The notes: generated by a model not told the origin, from the sequence alone. A DNA stretch of 64,000 bases from Arcobacter nitrofigilis (GCA_022736375.1 DZCE01000002.1:732-64731), one strand, 5' to 3'. Positions 33,162 through 43,577 are shown, counted from the first letter of the stretch. A program made the numbers and translations.

Positions 33162-35293
33162 TAGTTAATAATTCTGATTGATGGAGCGTCGGAATCTCTC
33201 AATGCTTCTTCTAGACCAGTCATTTCAATTACACCTGCAACTGGAGTAATGTTGAACCCGCCATATCTAGGGTAGATATTCGCCAGATGGTAAGTACCTC
33301 CAGTGCCACTACTTCTAGCGACAGAGCCAATGATGCTAGGTGATTTCAATCTGATTAATCCCGCGAATGGGTTGACTGCCGCTTCACCTAAAACGTCACC
33401 TCCCCGTGTTGGCATTGTAGACGACATAGTCAAAATAAGCAAGTCGGTGAACCGGCTATCCATAGTTCCATTAATTTTAATAATGATTTTCCCTGCATAC
33501 TCGTTATTTAATTTCTGAATAACTGGATCAAGGTATCTTTGGATTTTAGAAGACGTAGCGATCTTGACAATCGGTACATATTGTTGATTAATCTCTTTTA
33601 ATCTCTTCTCGAAATATGAATCGATTACCAAACTAATAATAGCAGTTTTTATATTATTACTAACCGATGACATTACCGCATCATATCGTGTATCAGATGA
33701 AAAACTCTTCGCACTAGAAACAACATCGAAATTGGAATACGTATAGTAGTTTCTATCTGTCCCGAATGTTGACGTTGTTATATCGGTTAGAGATAGCTCG
33801 GATGACTTCTTATTAGCTAGAATACCATCTTTAATTGTATATGCTAGTGTTAAAAGTTTGGTACGGAAATACTCTTCTTCTACCAAATTTGCAAATTGGT
33901 TACTGAATTTAATTTTTTCAGCTAGAGTGACACTTCTATTAAAAGATGGATCATTAAATGATTGTAATAATTCACGAACGCTAATAGGTGATTTAATTCC
34001 TAATCCTATATGTTGAGTTTTTCCCGAGAAATCAATTTGTGGCCCATTCTCTCTATAGGTATCATCTACAATTTTATAATCAGGAATCCAGCTTCTTAGA
34101 GTCATACTACTAGCGAAAGCCTTAACTGCATCGGTTGCCGGGATTTTTTTACCGTCACTATCCGTATATTTAACATCGTAATTGATCTGTGATATATTAA
34201 ATTTACCCAAACGTAAATCCCCACTAAGTGAAATTGTTGGGGTAATTTTAATCGTATAACCATCTGGAATCCAACTCAAGGCTTCTGCTGGTTTTCCCGT
34301 AGTAAAGTCATTATCTTTGTTCGTGAAGATAAATATAGGTGTTACGGCGGCGGCGACGGCGGTTGTTGCTCCGAATGCGGTTCCTGGTGCATGATTACCT
34401 GGTGAAGATAGTACATTGAAATTCATAATAGATTTCTTATTCGAGTCGTTTGGATCAACAATGTCATAATTAACCTCTTGTACTCTAATATTTCTGTCGA
34501 TAATAGCAAAAGCATCATGTCGTCCTTCCACATTGAGTAGAATATTCATACTATTTGCTAGCGTCGTTAAGTTAGGTTCTTTGTTTGCAAGGATAGGAGC
34601 CGTGTCTTTACCAGCAATCTTATCGTCTGCTTTTTTCAAAGCTACATCCAGATACGATTTATTTGTTTCTGTAACGTAAATCCTTACTGTATCCATGAAC
34701 AATGCTGTGAGAAGGTTGCCATCTGCAAGGTCAATATATAATTGAGAATCAATTCCGGATGTATCAAGTTCTGTTCTACTTTTATTAAACGTGATATTCA
34801 TAGCTACGTCATGTACAGCTGCGCCACCAGAGTCTGGTAAAACGTGAATAGTAGTAAAGGTTTCCTCTAGAAATGTGTCAGTGACACCACCGAGGCTATC
34901 AAAGATATAAGCCATATTTATGTTGGCGAATGAATCGAGATTACCGGCAACATCGGTATACTCACTCCCCTTCGCCATGACGACAATCTCCTGGACACTA
35001 CCATCAGGTCTATTTATATTAACTGTATGTCCGGTCTTATCTTTATATTTAGATAACATATATACTGTAATAGCTTGGATTGCGGAAGTAGTAGTTAAAG
35101 TTACTTGATTATTTTGCTCATCGTAAAACTGTCTACTAGCTAGAGACGTTGCTTGCGAGATGAGCACGTCTTCATAGTTACTATTTTTTTTTAACTCGTT
35201 ATAATCTGTGATTCCCCTGAGACCTAGCGCCGTTAATATATTATCTACGCAGTCCTTAACCTCGTTTGTGAAGATAGCATAATTTGTTGACAT
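33161..35293 (-). CDS. probable major capsid protein, 710 aa
   Basis: Strong AAAAAAGGAAAAA SD. Monocistronic between a promoter-like core and the 13-bp hairpin 33126-33161. Its size and its position two genes upstream of the compact beta-N match the phiKZ gp120 (MCP)-gp123 order as recalled. No direct motif proof. Confidence 0.45.
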   Translation of the reverse strand: MSTNYAIFTNEVKDCVDNILTALGLRGITDYNELKKNSNYEDVLISQATSLASRQFYDEQNNQVTLTTTSAIQAITVYMLSKYKDKTGHTVNINRPDGSVQEIVVMAKGSEYTDVAGNLDSFANINMAYIFDSLGGVTDTFLEETFTTIHVLPDSGGAAVHDVAMNITFNKSRTELDTSGIDSQLYIDLADGNLLTALFMDTVRIYVTETNKSYLDVALKKADDKIAGKDTAPILANKEPNLTTLANSMNILLNVEGRHDAFAIIDRNIRVQEVNYDIVDPNDSNKKSIMNFNVLSSPGNHAPGTAFGATTAVAAAVTPIFIFTNKDNDFTTGKPAEALSWIPDGYTIKITPTISLSGDLRLGKFNISQINYDVKYTDSDGKKIPATDAVKAFASSMTLRSWIPDYKIVDDTYRENGPQIDFSGKTQHIGLGIKSPISVRELLQSFNDPSFNRSVTLAEKIKFSNQFANLVEEEYFRTKLLTLAYTIKDGILANKKSSELSLTDITTSTFGTDRNYYTYSNFDVVSSAKSFSSDTRYDAVMSSVSNNIKTAIISLVIDSYFEKRLKEINQQYVPIVKIATSSKIQRYLDPVIQKLNNEYAGKIIIKINGTMDSRFTDLLILTMSSTMPTRGGDVLGEAAVNPFAGLIRLKSPSIIGSVARSSGTGGTYHLANIYPRYGGFNITPVAGVIEMTGLEEALRDSDAPSIRIIN

Positions 35294-35365
35294 GTTTTTC
35301 CTTTTTTAAGTTATTATTTCATTTAATAGTTTTTTGTCCCTATAATAGATAAAAAACTATTAATT

Positions 35366-35908
35366 CTATTTTTTAGTTAAGTCACTAAGAATTACCCCAT
35401 GAAATAACACCCCGTTTTTATATTTTGTAAATAGTAAATCGGCTAGATCGCGTAATCTCGACTCATCCATTTCTTTATGTTGATCTGAAAGTTGCCGGGG
35501 ATACTTTCTAGTAAGATTACTATCGACGATTAATAAAATTATAGATTTTTCACCATGATAAATGTTCTTCAGAAATCTAACTTCCGTTAGATTATCGGGG
35601 ATGAAACAGCTTAATAACTCATTCTCTCTTTCATCCATTAATACATTTGTTAAATAGTTGTCAGTTACATTAAGTCCGAATTTCTTGTATATGTTTAAAA
35701 GTAGGTATTTCGTCGCTTTACCTATATACTCAATATCTGTCTCAGATAGTACGTTATTACGCGCTATATATCTTTCTTCTTTACGTAGTGGTACCGGACC
35801 ACATATGTTAGAATATAGATAATCTACAACTTTCTCGTCGTCACCAAGCGTTGCGTATAAACGCTCTGCAGTGACTACGTCTACGGCACATAGTATGGAA
35901 GTTTTCAT
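35366..35908 (-). CDS. hypothetical protein, 180 aa
   Basis: ATG overlaps the upstream stop (ATGA). Confidence 0.65.
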   Translation of the reverse strand: MKTSILCAVDVVTAERLYATLGDDEKVVDYLYSNICGPVPLRKEERYIARNNVLSETDIEYIGKATKYLLLNIYKKFGLNVTDNYLTNVLMDERENELLSCFIPDNLTEVRFLKNIYHGEKSIILLIVDSNLTRKYPRQLSDQHKEMDESRLRDLADLLFTKYKNGVLFHGVILSDLTKK

Positions 35909-36489
35909 AGATATAGATCTTTATGATTAAAGTTTAGGATCTTATCTGTATTGGCTTCCGTAAGTTCACCAAAACTCTTTTTCAATTTTTCTATATTTAG
36001 CCATATGTTATATCGATGACTTCTAATCTTTTTTATGATCATCTCTAGTTGATTATAATCAAGTTTAATGATGGTTGATTGTCCGTCTATAGCGATAACT
36101 CCAACATCAAATTGTGTATCTGAGGACTTATGTAATTCCAGTGTCTCCGAGAAATTAGTAATAGCGTCTTGCGATACGGGTACTAAAAATTTAGTAATTC
36201 CAGGTACATTGTTAATCTCTAACGACTTGACATCCTCCTTAATACGATACTTTATAGAGTCAATCTTGTCTTTAGCCAACTTATCTAAAAGAACCGTTGG
36301 TTTATTTTTCTCCATCCAATCTGGGAAGCTTTCAGAAATTAACGCCGGTACTTTGTCTGTCGCATAGAATACGAACATACCGTCATTGACGAGATATACT
36401 TTTCTATATTCTATAATCTCCTTATCTGTAATAATCATAGTGAAGTCATAATGCTCTATTACCGTTTTAATATCTATCTGTGTATTCAT
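35905..36489 (-). CDS. hypothetical protein, 194 aa
   Basis: ATG 36489 with an AAAAGGAAAGAAG SD. Confidence 0.65.
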   Translation of the reverse strand: MNTQIDIKTVIEHYDFTMIITDKEIIEYRKVYLVNDGMFVFYATDKVPALISESFPDWMEKNKPTVLLDKLAKDKIDSIKYRIKEDVKSLEINNVPGITKFLVPVSQDAITNFSETLELHKSSDTQFDVGVIAIDGQSTIIKLDYNQLEMIIKKIRSHRYNIWLNIEKLKKSFGELTEANTDKILNFNHKDLYL

Positions 36490-36517
36490 CTTCTTTCCTT
36501 TTCATCTGTTTTTTATC

Positions 36518-36523
36518 TTTCAT
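36518..36523 (-). promoter_or_regulatory. Promoter-like core ATGAAA at -33 of ATG 36489
   Basis: Context CTTTTTATATGAAAGATAAAA, immediately after the terminator 36527-36562. Confidence 0.35.
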
Positions 36524-36526
36524 ATA

Positions 36527-36562
36527 AAAAGAGCTATACCATTAATTTGGTATAGCTCTTTT
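36527..36562 (-). terminator. Terminator after the paralogue triplet
   Basis: 15-bp stem AAAAGAGCTATACCA/TGGTATAGCTCTTTT with the stop TAA (36542-36544) in the loop. T-rich 3' side on the minus strand. Confidence 0.65.
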
Positions 36563-38308
36563 AGTAGCTATGTAATGCGTTGCAGGTATCACTACATTAT
36601 TATATGCATCAAAGGAGGACAACCCAAATGTATTACTATAAAATGCGCACCCGATACCTTGGAATCTATATTCTAACTTGGTAAATACCGTTAAATTGGT
36701 AGATATCTTTAGATGAAGTTCGTTATAGTTTTTAAACGTATATGTTTCATCGGTCTCCATGTCCCCTAATGGAGTTAAAGTATTCCCATTAGCAGGATTA
36801 ACGCCTAAAATATCTTCATGTTTCTGAAGTATAGTATTATAGCCATTTACTTTTTTCCAGTACTTTGTGAGAGATACCCCAGTATATGACTTTTTTTGTG
36901 AACGCATTAGGGTCGCCGATGTAATTACCCTATCTGTTCTACTGGATGATTTGGCAAAAGTTAAATAACTCACATCTGGAATCTCAACGTGACATAATGT
37001 ATTAAACAAGTCCACGTCGAATGGTACAAGTGGTTTAACTCTCGGATGACCACCAGGGTATATATCTAAATCTGAGATAGCTACCCATCCTCCAACTTCT
37101 TTATACCAGAATGCGTCGTCTTTAGTTCCAGACGATAATAGGTTTACGTCAAATCTATCATAATCCATTGAAATAGGCATCCAGGACCCAGGTCCTTCTC
37201 CCAGATCTACTATAAAGTGAACTTTGGTTTCTTTTCCGGCTATATGGTCAAATGTAAAAACCTTCCCGTTATCTGGATGGGTATATAGATCGGGCTGTTT
37301 GAACCAGTAATTGTTATTATCCCTAGTATCATATTCATCTGACGACGGAGTAATGAGATTAACATATGTATTATCAAAATATGGAGTATATATATTAACT
37401 GTATATTGTCCGCTGACATTCCCTGTAAATTTAAATGCTATCGATATGTATCGTTCTGGATATATTGATGTCAGTTCGCCTCGGAACAATCCGGCGACAA
37501 TTAATTCTTTACTACCTGACATTCTATAGTCCTCCTTACCCGACTCAACATGTATACATTTAATGCCAAAACCATCTTTATATGAGTCTGGTTTAAAGTA
37601 CAGGAAATTTCGACCCATATCTCTGTGGATTGAAGCTCGGATGTTATCAAAGATGTAAGCCGTAGAGCTGCGATTGAAATCTTTAGGAATATCCGCACTA
37701 CAAGCTATATGCACTTTAGGTACGAACTCGTGATCGATACTTTTAAATACCCCGCCATCATAGACATCACTAAGGTTACCTAATTGATCTACTTGAAATG
37801 ATAAATTAGGAATGAGTGTCCCCACGCCACTCATGGAAGGTGCTTGGGGACCTCTCTTACCTTTGGATCCCTCTATCCCGATTCTACCATCCTCCCCACG
37901 TAATACACTGATATACGCCTCCGCATCTTCCACTAGGATGTAGAAGACGTCTGTATTAATGGGGGAGTAACTATTATTAATTTGTTTAGATAATGGAGAC
38001 ACCTGATATACCATCTCGCCAATCTCTATGGAGCTAATATGATTAATATTCTTAGCTTTATTATTATAAACAAATAATCCAAAATCGTCAGCAGATTCTG
38101 GTACCGATATACCTGAAATGTCACCTATATCGATTACCATTTTGTTACGTAATGGTTCTAAATCGACATATACGTATTCTCTGTTATTTCTTAAATATAT
38201 GTCATTAATCGACTCACCTCTCTTGTAAGAAGGCGTCAACGCCGCGGATACTTTATTTAATAATTCGGCGTCTACAACACCATTATTTTCTAATTTATTA
38301 AAACTCAT
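36542..38308 (-). CDS. tail-fibre/baseplate-type paralogue C, 588 aa, with a collagen-like GXY stretch
   Basis: ATGA overlap with the upstream paralogue and an AAGGAGAG SD. Six perfect G-X-Y triplets, GEDGRIGIEGSKGKRGPQ, at aa 138-155 (nt 37844-37897). Confidence 0.5.
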   Translation of the reverse strand: MSFNKLENNGVVDAELLNKVSAALTPSYKRGESINDIYLRNNREYVYVDLEPLRNKMVIDIGDISGISVPESADDFGLFVYNNKAKNINHISSIEIGEMVYQVSPLSKQINNSYSPINTDVFYILVEDAEAYISVLRGEDGRIGIEGSKGKRGPQAPSMSGVGTLIPNLSFQVDQLGNLSDVYDGGVFKSIDHEFVPKVHIACSADIPKDFNRSSTAYIFDNIRASIHRDMGRNFLYFKPDSYKDGFGIKCIHVESGKEDYRMSGSKELIVAGLFRGELTSIYPERYISIAFKFTGNVSGQYTVNIYTPYFDNTYVNLITPSSDEYDTRDNNNYWFKQPDLYTHPDNGKVFTFDHIAGKETKVHFIVDLGEGPGSWMPISMDYDRFDVNLLSSGTKDDAFWYKEVGGWVAISDLDIYPGGHPRVKPLVPFDVDLFNTLCHVEIPDVSYLTFAKSSSRTDRVITSATLMRSQKKSYTGVSLTKYWKKVNGYNTILQKHEDILGVNPANGNTLTPLGDMETDETYTFKNYNELHLKISTNLTVFTKLEYRFQGIGCAFYSNTFGLSSFDAYNNVVIPATHYIATKRAIPN

Positions 38309-39897
38309 AAATTCTCTCCTTGATTATCTACATTATACTTAGTGGATCTCCCTACCCTACCCAAATCTGTATATAATATGGCAGTATGTTTTCGGAATAC
38401 AATAAATCCAATAGATGCGCCCTTTGCCGTATCACCTGTGTCAATCAAATATCCTTTCAGGATACTGTCTTTATGACGACCGGATGACATAGCTATTTTA
38501 TAAGGTGACATAGCCGTATACATCTTTTTAAATATATTAGCATTATCTCGCAATATACTGTACGTTACTATTTCCGCATCCTCCGGACGATACCTACCAA
38601 TTAATTGATCCACAGGAAGGTCGAATGATGGTAGTTGGGAATCTTTTCTAAAAGTACCTAATGGTTCCATATATCGCATTACTAGTTTTCGTTCATCTTC
38701 TTGTGGTCTCCATGTATTTTCTTCAAATTCAAATGGAGTAAATGATAACTCGCCGAATGTCAATTCGGCAACACCTGTAGATGACCAATCCGTGAGTCCC
38801 GAAATAGTCTTATTAAGAACTATTTTAAATCCAGTCATATCTGGTAAATCATGTCTAGTATCTTCGGTAACCACCGTGGCCCCAGATGAAATAGTTCCAA
38901 TTTGGACATTGTATCTTATACCATTCTCTGGGCTACTTTTGTGTGATCTTTCAACAATGAACGGAATCGAATATTTTACCTCGCTTCTATCGGTAGGTAA
39001 ATACTGGAATTTCTTGATTGTATACTTATTTTTAATATAATCAATCAATATCACGGAGTAATATCCAGGGATATCCGAATTGAACGTAAAATTAACGTAC
39101 ATAAAATCAGGATGGTGTTCACGTGCAGTGATATCTGCATCTCGATTTAATTCAACAAATTGCGAAATAGGAATCACTGTATTCGTTCCACCTAATTTTC
39201 CATCTTTAAGATAAAATTTATATCTACCTCTAGAACCGGCGACACCATCAGGTCTTGGTAGTAAATGACGTTCTCTTCGCATTGTAGTCAATCTAAGATT
39301 CATAATATAAATAGATTGTGTACTCTGGTTGCTATACGTGAAGAAACAATCTGCCCCATAAGCAACTAACTCTTTTAGATCATTAGGTACTAACTTCTTC
39401 TGGGCAACCATATCATCAAATGGTAAGTCAAAATGTAACAATCCGTTAACAAATCTATTACTATTTGCTGTAACGAATCCATTATATCCTTTATCGCCAA
39501 TTTGCGCCACTGGAGCAGTTACTCCATCAATACCAACTGTATTTTGTAGTAAAGCTACATTATTACCTTCGCTATTACAAAGAATGTACACATAACTATT
39601 AGCTGGGTTAGTTTTGAATTGTCTTGTGTCACTAAATCCTATTCCGTATAGTAATCCATTATATTCAATTCCGCCAATATTTAATGGGCTTGTACCATTA
39701 GGTAGATTAACTGATATAATCTGGTTAGTTACTAACGGTGCCTTGGAACTATCTGTTATCTTTATAACCCCATTATCTAAAATACCGATTATCGGAGTAA
39801 ATATTTTATTCGGCATCTCTAGATGTCCATATACCCTGTTAATCTCATCTGCACTAAAAGTCTCACCATTGTGATCTTTCTTTACTGTAATTATCAT
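38305..39897 (-). CDS. tail-fibre/baseplate-type paralogue B, 530 aa
   Basis: AGGGGGA SD. A degenerate GXY stretch, GIDGVTAPVAQIGDKGYNG, at aa 122-140 (nt 39478-39534), in the same relative position as in its neighbours. Confidence 0.5.
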   Translation of the reverse strand: MIITVKKDHNGETFSADEINRVYGHLEMPNKIFTPIIGILDNGVIKITDSSKAPLVTNQIISVNLPNGTSPLNIGGIEYNGLLYGIGFSDTRQFKTNPANSYVYILCNSEGNNVALLQNTVGIDGVTAPVAQIGDKGYNGFVTANSNRFVNGLLHFDLPFDDMVAQKKLVPNDLKELVAYGADCFFTYSNQSTQSIYIMNLRLTTMRRERHLLPRPDGVAGSRGRYKFYLKDGKLGGTNTVIPISQFVELNRDADITAREHHPDFMYVNFTFNSDIPGYYSVILIDYIKNKYTIKKFQYLPTDRSEVKYSIPFIVERSHKSSPENGIRYNVQIGTISSGATVVTEDTRHDLPDMTGFKIVLNKTISGLTDWSSTGVAELTFGELSFTPFEFEENTWRPQEDERKLVMRYMEPLGTFRKDSQLPSFDLPVDQLIGRYRPEDAEIVTYSILRDNANIFKKMYTAMSPYKIAMSSGRHKDSILKGYLIDTGDTAKGASIGFIVFRKHTAILYTDLGRVGRSTKYNVDNQGENL

Positions 39898-39906
39898 ACC
39901 GTCCCC

Positions 39907-41640
39907 CTATAATATTCTTGCGTCACATACTATATGATGCTCTTCTATTTCACTATACAAAGAACCTGCTATTAAGGAATATACACAATACCCAGTTTGC
40001 GCTTTATCTATCTTTGACCTAATGTTACATCCGTATAGATAGTGATCCCTAGAATCCCCAGTCGCGAGTAAAATATTCTTATCGGTCGCCTCAATTGTAC
40101 TAGTCGAAGCGGATGCGGCGCTAGTAGTCCATGTCCGATATGCTTTGAATGGCGCCTTATCTGAATTTCTTTTTCCGTCGTTTACTTCGAATCTTATAGC
40201 GTAATGCTTATCCAATTTTGGCATAGTAAATCTAGTCCAGATTAATCCATCCCCCTTTAATTCACCTAGATTATTACTAACCCCTCTAAGATATCCTCCG
40301 GAATAATCGGTATTAGCCGAAGAAATTATCACCTCATAGTAGACTTTGGATCTTACTTTGTCTAAGTTTGAATCCATCTTCGCCTGCATATACTGATTCA
40401 ATATATCCTCATCTCCTGTAGGAAAATATTGTTGTATAAATCCTCTTTTGCTAAGTGCTGGGGAGAATATCTCTACTTTACCGCCAAGTTCCATATATCT
40501 TACAGCATCTACAGATAAAGGTAATTTCACTGGAGTCATGCCAGATGTAGTTTTAATTACAGACTCGGTATCTCCTGATGTTAAATTTACCCATTCGGAT
40601 GAAGCTGCTCCGGTCGGAGCTATCTGAACCATCATACCTCTGCTATTAGATTGATCTAATTTGTAGTCTATATTCCCGATAATACTTTCTGGACTTAATC
40701 CTACTTGGATATAAACTGGCATAATGCCGTTGGTATCCTCGTATAATGAAGTATCGTAAGTAAAACTACGTTTTGCTACCAACTGCGATCCGTTAGATCG
40801 ACCGAAATAGAATAATACATCATATTTTCCGGATATCGTTGATTTAAATCCCATAGAGAAATACCAATCTCCGTCATCATGTATTAATCTAGAAGCTATT
40901 ACATTATGAATAGGGTGACATAATCCTGAACTAAAATGAGTGTTGGCCGATTCCTTTTGGGTCACCATTGTTGAGTTAAGTACAATACTCCCTTGATCAT
41001 TATTTATGTTTACTTCATATTCTTCCGGACATTTGTGTCCGAAATTATAATATCCATCACAGATATATACCTCATTAGTATCTGGTGAATTATTCTTTCT
41101 CCACGGCATATACTTAGATTGTTGTATCTTGAACCCGGTGTTAAACATCAAATTATGATCGTCGGATACAGTTTGTATATCGCCAATCTCCCCTCTATCT
41201 CCATTCGGAGAGTCTAATCCGTTAAATCCACTAGGTCCGGTTAATATATGTACATTAAGCTGACCATTCAAAATTATAATCTTAAGTACTGTTTTGTAAT
41301 TAACGAATATAATTGGATTTACAGGATATGTCTTCCCAACATCATCTCCTAACAATGTAATATTATTTATAGTAATAACATCTGTAGTTATTGTATGTAA
41401 TTTCTGTAACGCTACTATATATGATGCATCATCTGTAACTGACTGACTTGGGGTACTTAACCTCAAATCACCTAGAATAAGATCTATTCCTTTAAACTTG
41501 CATATATTCTTCCTGGAATTAATGAAGATAGATCCTACTATTTCCGAATCATCATCTCCTAATTCATTAAGAGGGTTAATAATTTTCTTATTTATCTCCT
41601 CAGCGGTTAAATAATCGCCGACATTTATTTTTCCTACCAT
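39907..41640 (-). CDS. tail-fibre/baseplate-type paralogue A, 577 aa
   Basis: AAGGAGAG SD. GPSGFNGLDSPNGDRGEIGD at aa 135-154 (nt 41179-41238). Confidence 0.5.
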   Translation of the reverse strand: MVGKINVGDYLTAEEINKKIINPLNELGDDDSEIVGSIFINSRKNICKFKGIDLILGDLRLSTPSQSVTDDASYIVALQKLHTITTDVITINNITLLGDDVGKTYPVNPIIFVNYKTVLKIIILNGQLNVHILTGPSGFNGLDSPNGDRGEIGDIQTVSDDHNLMFNTGFKIQQSKYMPWRKNNSPDTNEVYICDGYYNFGHKCPEEYEVNINNDQGSIVLNSTMVTQKESANTHFSSGLCHPIHNVIASRLIHDDGDWYFSMGFKSTISGKYDVLFYFGRSNGSQLVAKRSFTYDTSLYEDTNGIMPVYIQVGLSPESIIGNIDYKLDQSNSRGMMVQIAPTGAASSEWVNLTSGDTESVIKTTSGMTPVKLPLSVDAVRYMELGGKVEIFSPALSKRGFIQQYFPTGDEDILNQYMQAKMDSNLDKVRSKVYYEVIISSANTDYSGGYLRGVSNNLGELKGDGLIWTRFTMPKLDKHYAIRFEVNDGKRNSDKAPFKAYRTWTTSAASASTSTIEATDKNILLATGDSRDHYLYGCNIRSKIDKAQTGYCVYSLIAGSLYSEIEEHHIVCDARIL

Positions 41641-41652
41641 ATACTCTCCTTA

Positions 41653-42618
41653 TTAACTAATAACTGGCATTGGTAACTTCGCCGGTAGACTACTATCGGA
41701 TAACGTTACTGTACGTAATACCAAATATTCCCACTGTTGCTGCTTATGAGAGATATATGGTCTAATTCCTAATAGATACTTACTACCCTCTTTTATAAAT
41801 GACATAAACGATGGTATAATGAGGTTCTCATCTGTCGCCTTACCAGAGTATATTAACAACCCGTCGCTATATAATTCAACATCAAATCCGGTAGACAATT
41901 GAATATCTTGGATTCTAAAATGTTCCAGACTATCCTTAACGATAACGATGGAATTAATGTTAGTTACTGGTTTAACTAACCTAGATTGAGTTGTTATGAA
42001 TATAAACGAAGAAGGTTCACTAACATCATTTGTTGTGCTGTGAAACATTGCCTTAATCTGATATAGTTTACCCTCTTCTAAAACTATGTCTGATAGATCA
42101 TAATACCCTAGATTATTTTGATCCTCAATTACACAATCTATAATCTCACCATAGATATCTAATAGAAATATAGTAATTGCTTTCTTTTTACCATTCCCGT
42201 TTACAGCAAATCCATCAATTTTTATTTTGAACCCTGTTTTGGGGTGAGCTGATATAGAATAATCTGAAGATATTACTGGTCTAGCTACCAAAGACGGGAC
42301 CGATATATTTATCGGAGATGCTCTCTCTGCTATATCTTTCATTGGCACTATCTGCGTCTTTGTACCAGCACGCATAATAATCGGTTCTTGGTTATCTGGA
42401 TCTGGTTGTACATTCTGAAAAAATGTAACTTCGAGAAGATACTCTTTTTCAGGGTAATATGGGATATTTTTGAAAACTAGCTTAGTAGTTGTAGATTCGT
42501 CCCCTGTATCTCCGGACTTGGCCAATACCCTAGTGAAATTATCTATACCCAATCTATAGTCTACTCGTATTATCGGATGATCTGTCTTAATCGGTCCAAT
42601 GGACATTTGGAAATCCAT
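41653..42618 (-). CDS. hypothetical virion protein, 321 aa
   Basis: AAGGAG SD. SPINISVP and GKKKAITIFLLDIYGEIIDCVIE resemble the N-terminal module of the 623- and 637-aa proteins. Confidence 0.6.
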   Translation of the reverse strand: MDFQMSIGPIKTDHPIIRVDYRLGIDNFTRVLAKSGDTGDESTTTKLVFKNIPYYPEKEYLLEVTFFQNVQPDPDNQEPIIMRAGTKTQIVPMKDIAERASPINISVPSLVARPVISSDYSISAHPKTGFKIKIDGFAVNGNGKKKAITIFLLDIYGEIIDCVIEDQNNLGYYDLSDIVLEEGKLYQIKAMFHSTTNDVSEPSSFIFITTQSRLVKPVTNINSIVIVKDSLEHFRIQDIQLSTGFDVELYSDGLLIYSGKATDENLIIPSFMSFIKEGSKYLLGIRPYISHKQQQWEYLVLRTVTLSDSSLPAKLPMPVIS

Positions 42619-42650
42619 ATATACTCCTTTTTTTTATTTTTATTTATCAG

Positions 42651-42684
42651 TAAATAGCTACCGCTATTAAACAGTAGCTATTTA
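42651..42684 (-). terminator. Hairpin after the 265-aa gene
   Basis: TAAATAGCTAC/GTAGCTATTTA, 11 bp with a 12-nt loop, directly followed by a promoter-like core. Confidence 0.45.
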
Positions 42685-42691
42685 GAGTTCT

Positions 42692-43489
42692 TTATTGTTC
42701 TAGTTTTTGATCTGTCAATGGAATGGTGTCGTCTATAGTACACGGAACGGAATCCTCAGTTTGTCCACTAGTGGTGGTAGATTTTGTACTATTTTTTTTA
42801 TTAAGTATCTCGTTAAGTCTCTCCCTACCGGCGACACTACCTGGTAGCTGGATATTATCCGGTGGTGTGATATTTAGAATCCTTGGTTCGGAGTTATTAA
42901 TAACAGCTTCTTGTTGAAATGATTGCGTTTCAATATTTGCTTGTAGTTTCGCTAATATTGTCATAAATCTAGATATCTCCTCATCTCTCGATGCTATTTT
43001 CGACTCTATCAATTCATCGTAGGTTACACTTTCAATCTTGAATACTTTAGGATTCTCCAATATAGTATCTAATACGTTAGTATTCTCTTCGAATATCTCA
43101 AATATCTCTATATTATTAGGCGTCTCCCCAGCATCTCTTTTCGAATTAACTATCCACCCTCTAACCACTTTTAACTTTACGGAATCTAAAAAGAACCTAT
43201 TATAATCTGAAAATGGGGTCTCCACATCTATACTATCTATATAAATATTTCCTACCGTTGTTACTTTCAACATAGTATCTTTACGATTGCGATACGCATC
43301 CTCAAAGTCCATATAAATAAACTCAAATTCGTCAGGTGATACTGTCACTAGAGAAGGTCCAGTTTCCTCCTCAATCAACAACATAGCTACTGATTTTACC
43401 ACATGTTGCCCGTCTTTATGTCCGATTGTTAATAATAAATCATTTTTTCCTATATCTATCCCGTACTCTTTTTTGAATCTAGAACTCAT
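42692..43489 (-). CDS. hypothetical protein, 265 aa
   Basis: The track start is 43519. ATG 43489 (MSSRFKK...) follows GAAGGAGG by 7 nt. Confidence 0.65.
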   Translation of the reverse strand: MSSRFKKEYGIDIGKNDLLLTIGHKDGQHVVKSVAMLLIEEETGPSLVTVSPDEFEFIYMDFEDAYRNRKDTMLKVTTVGNIYIDSIDVETPFSDYNRFFLDSVKLKVVRGWIVNSKRDAGETPNNIEIFEIFEENTNVLDTILENPKVFKIESVTYDELIESKIASRDEEISRFMTILAKLQANIETQSFQQEAVINNSEPRILNITPPDNIQLPGSVAGRERLNEILNKKNSTKSTTTSGQTEDSVPCTIDDTIPLTDQKLEQ

Positions 43490-43517
43490 TTCTAATCCTC
43501 CTTCATATATTTTATTC

Positions 43518-43523
43518 ATTCAA
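43518..43523 (-). promoter_or_regulatory. Promoter-like core TTGAAT at -33 of ATG 43489
   Basis: Context GATTATTTGAATGAATAAA. A second copy, TTTGATAAG, lies 13 nt further upstream, right after the T9 terminator tail. Confidence 0.35.
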
Positions 43524-43534
43524 ATAATCTTATC

Positions 43535-43577
43535 AAAAAAAAATAGTACCGGATGTTACCTAGGTAACATCCGGTAC
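43535..43577 (-). terminator. Strong intrinsic terminator
   Basis: 32-nt perfect palindrome GTACCGGATGTTACC|TAGGTAACATCCGGTAC (43546-43577), followed on the minus strand by TA + T9. Confidence 0.8.

Noticed and set aside
35325-35366. AATAGTTTTTT...AAAAAACTATT inverted repeat upstream of the capsid gene as a terminator.
   Set aside because: The stem consists almost entirely of A/T homopolymer and has a 16-nt loop. It is too weak and too low in complexity to call.
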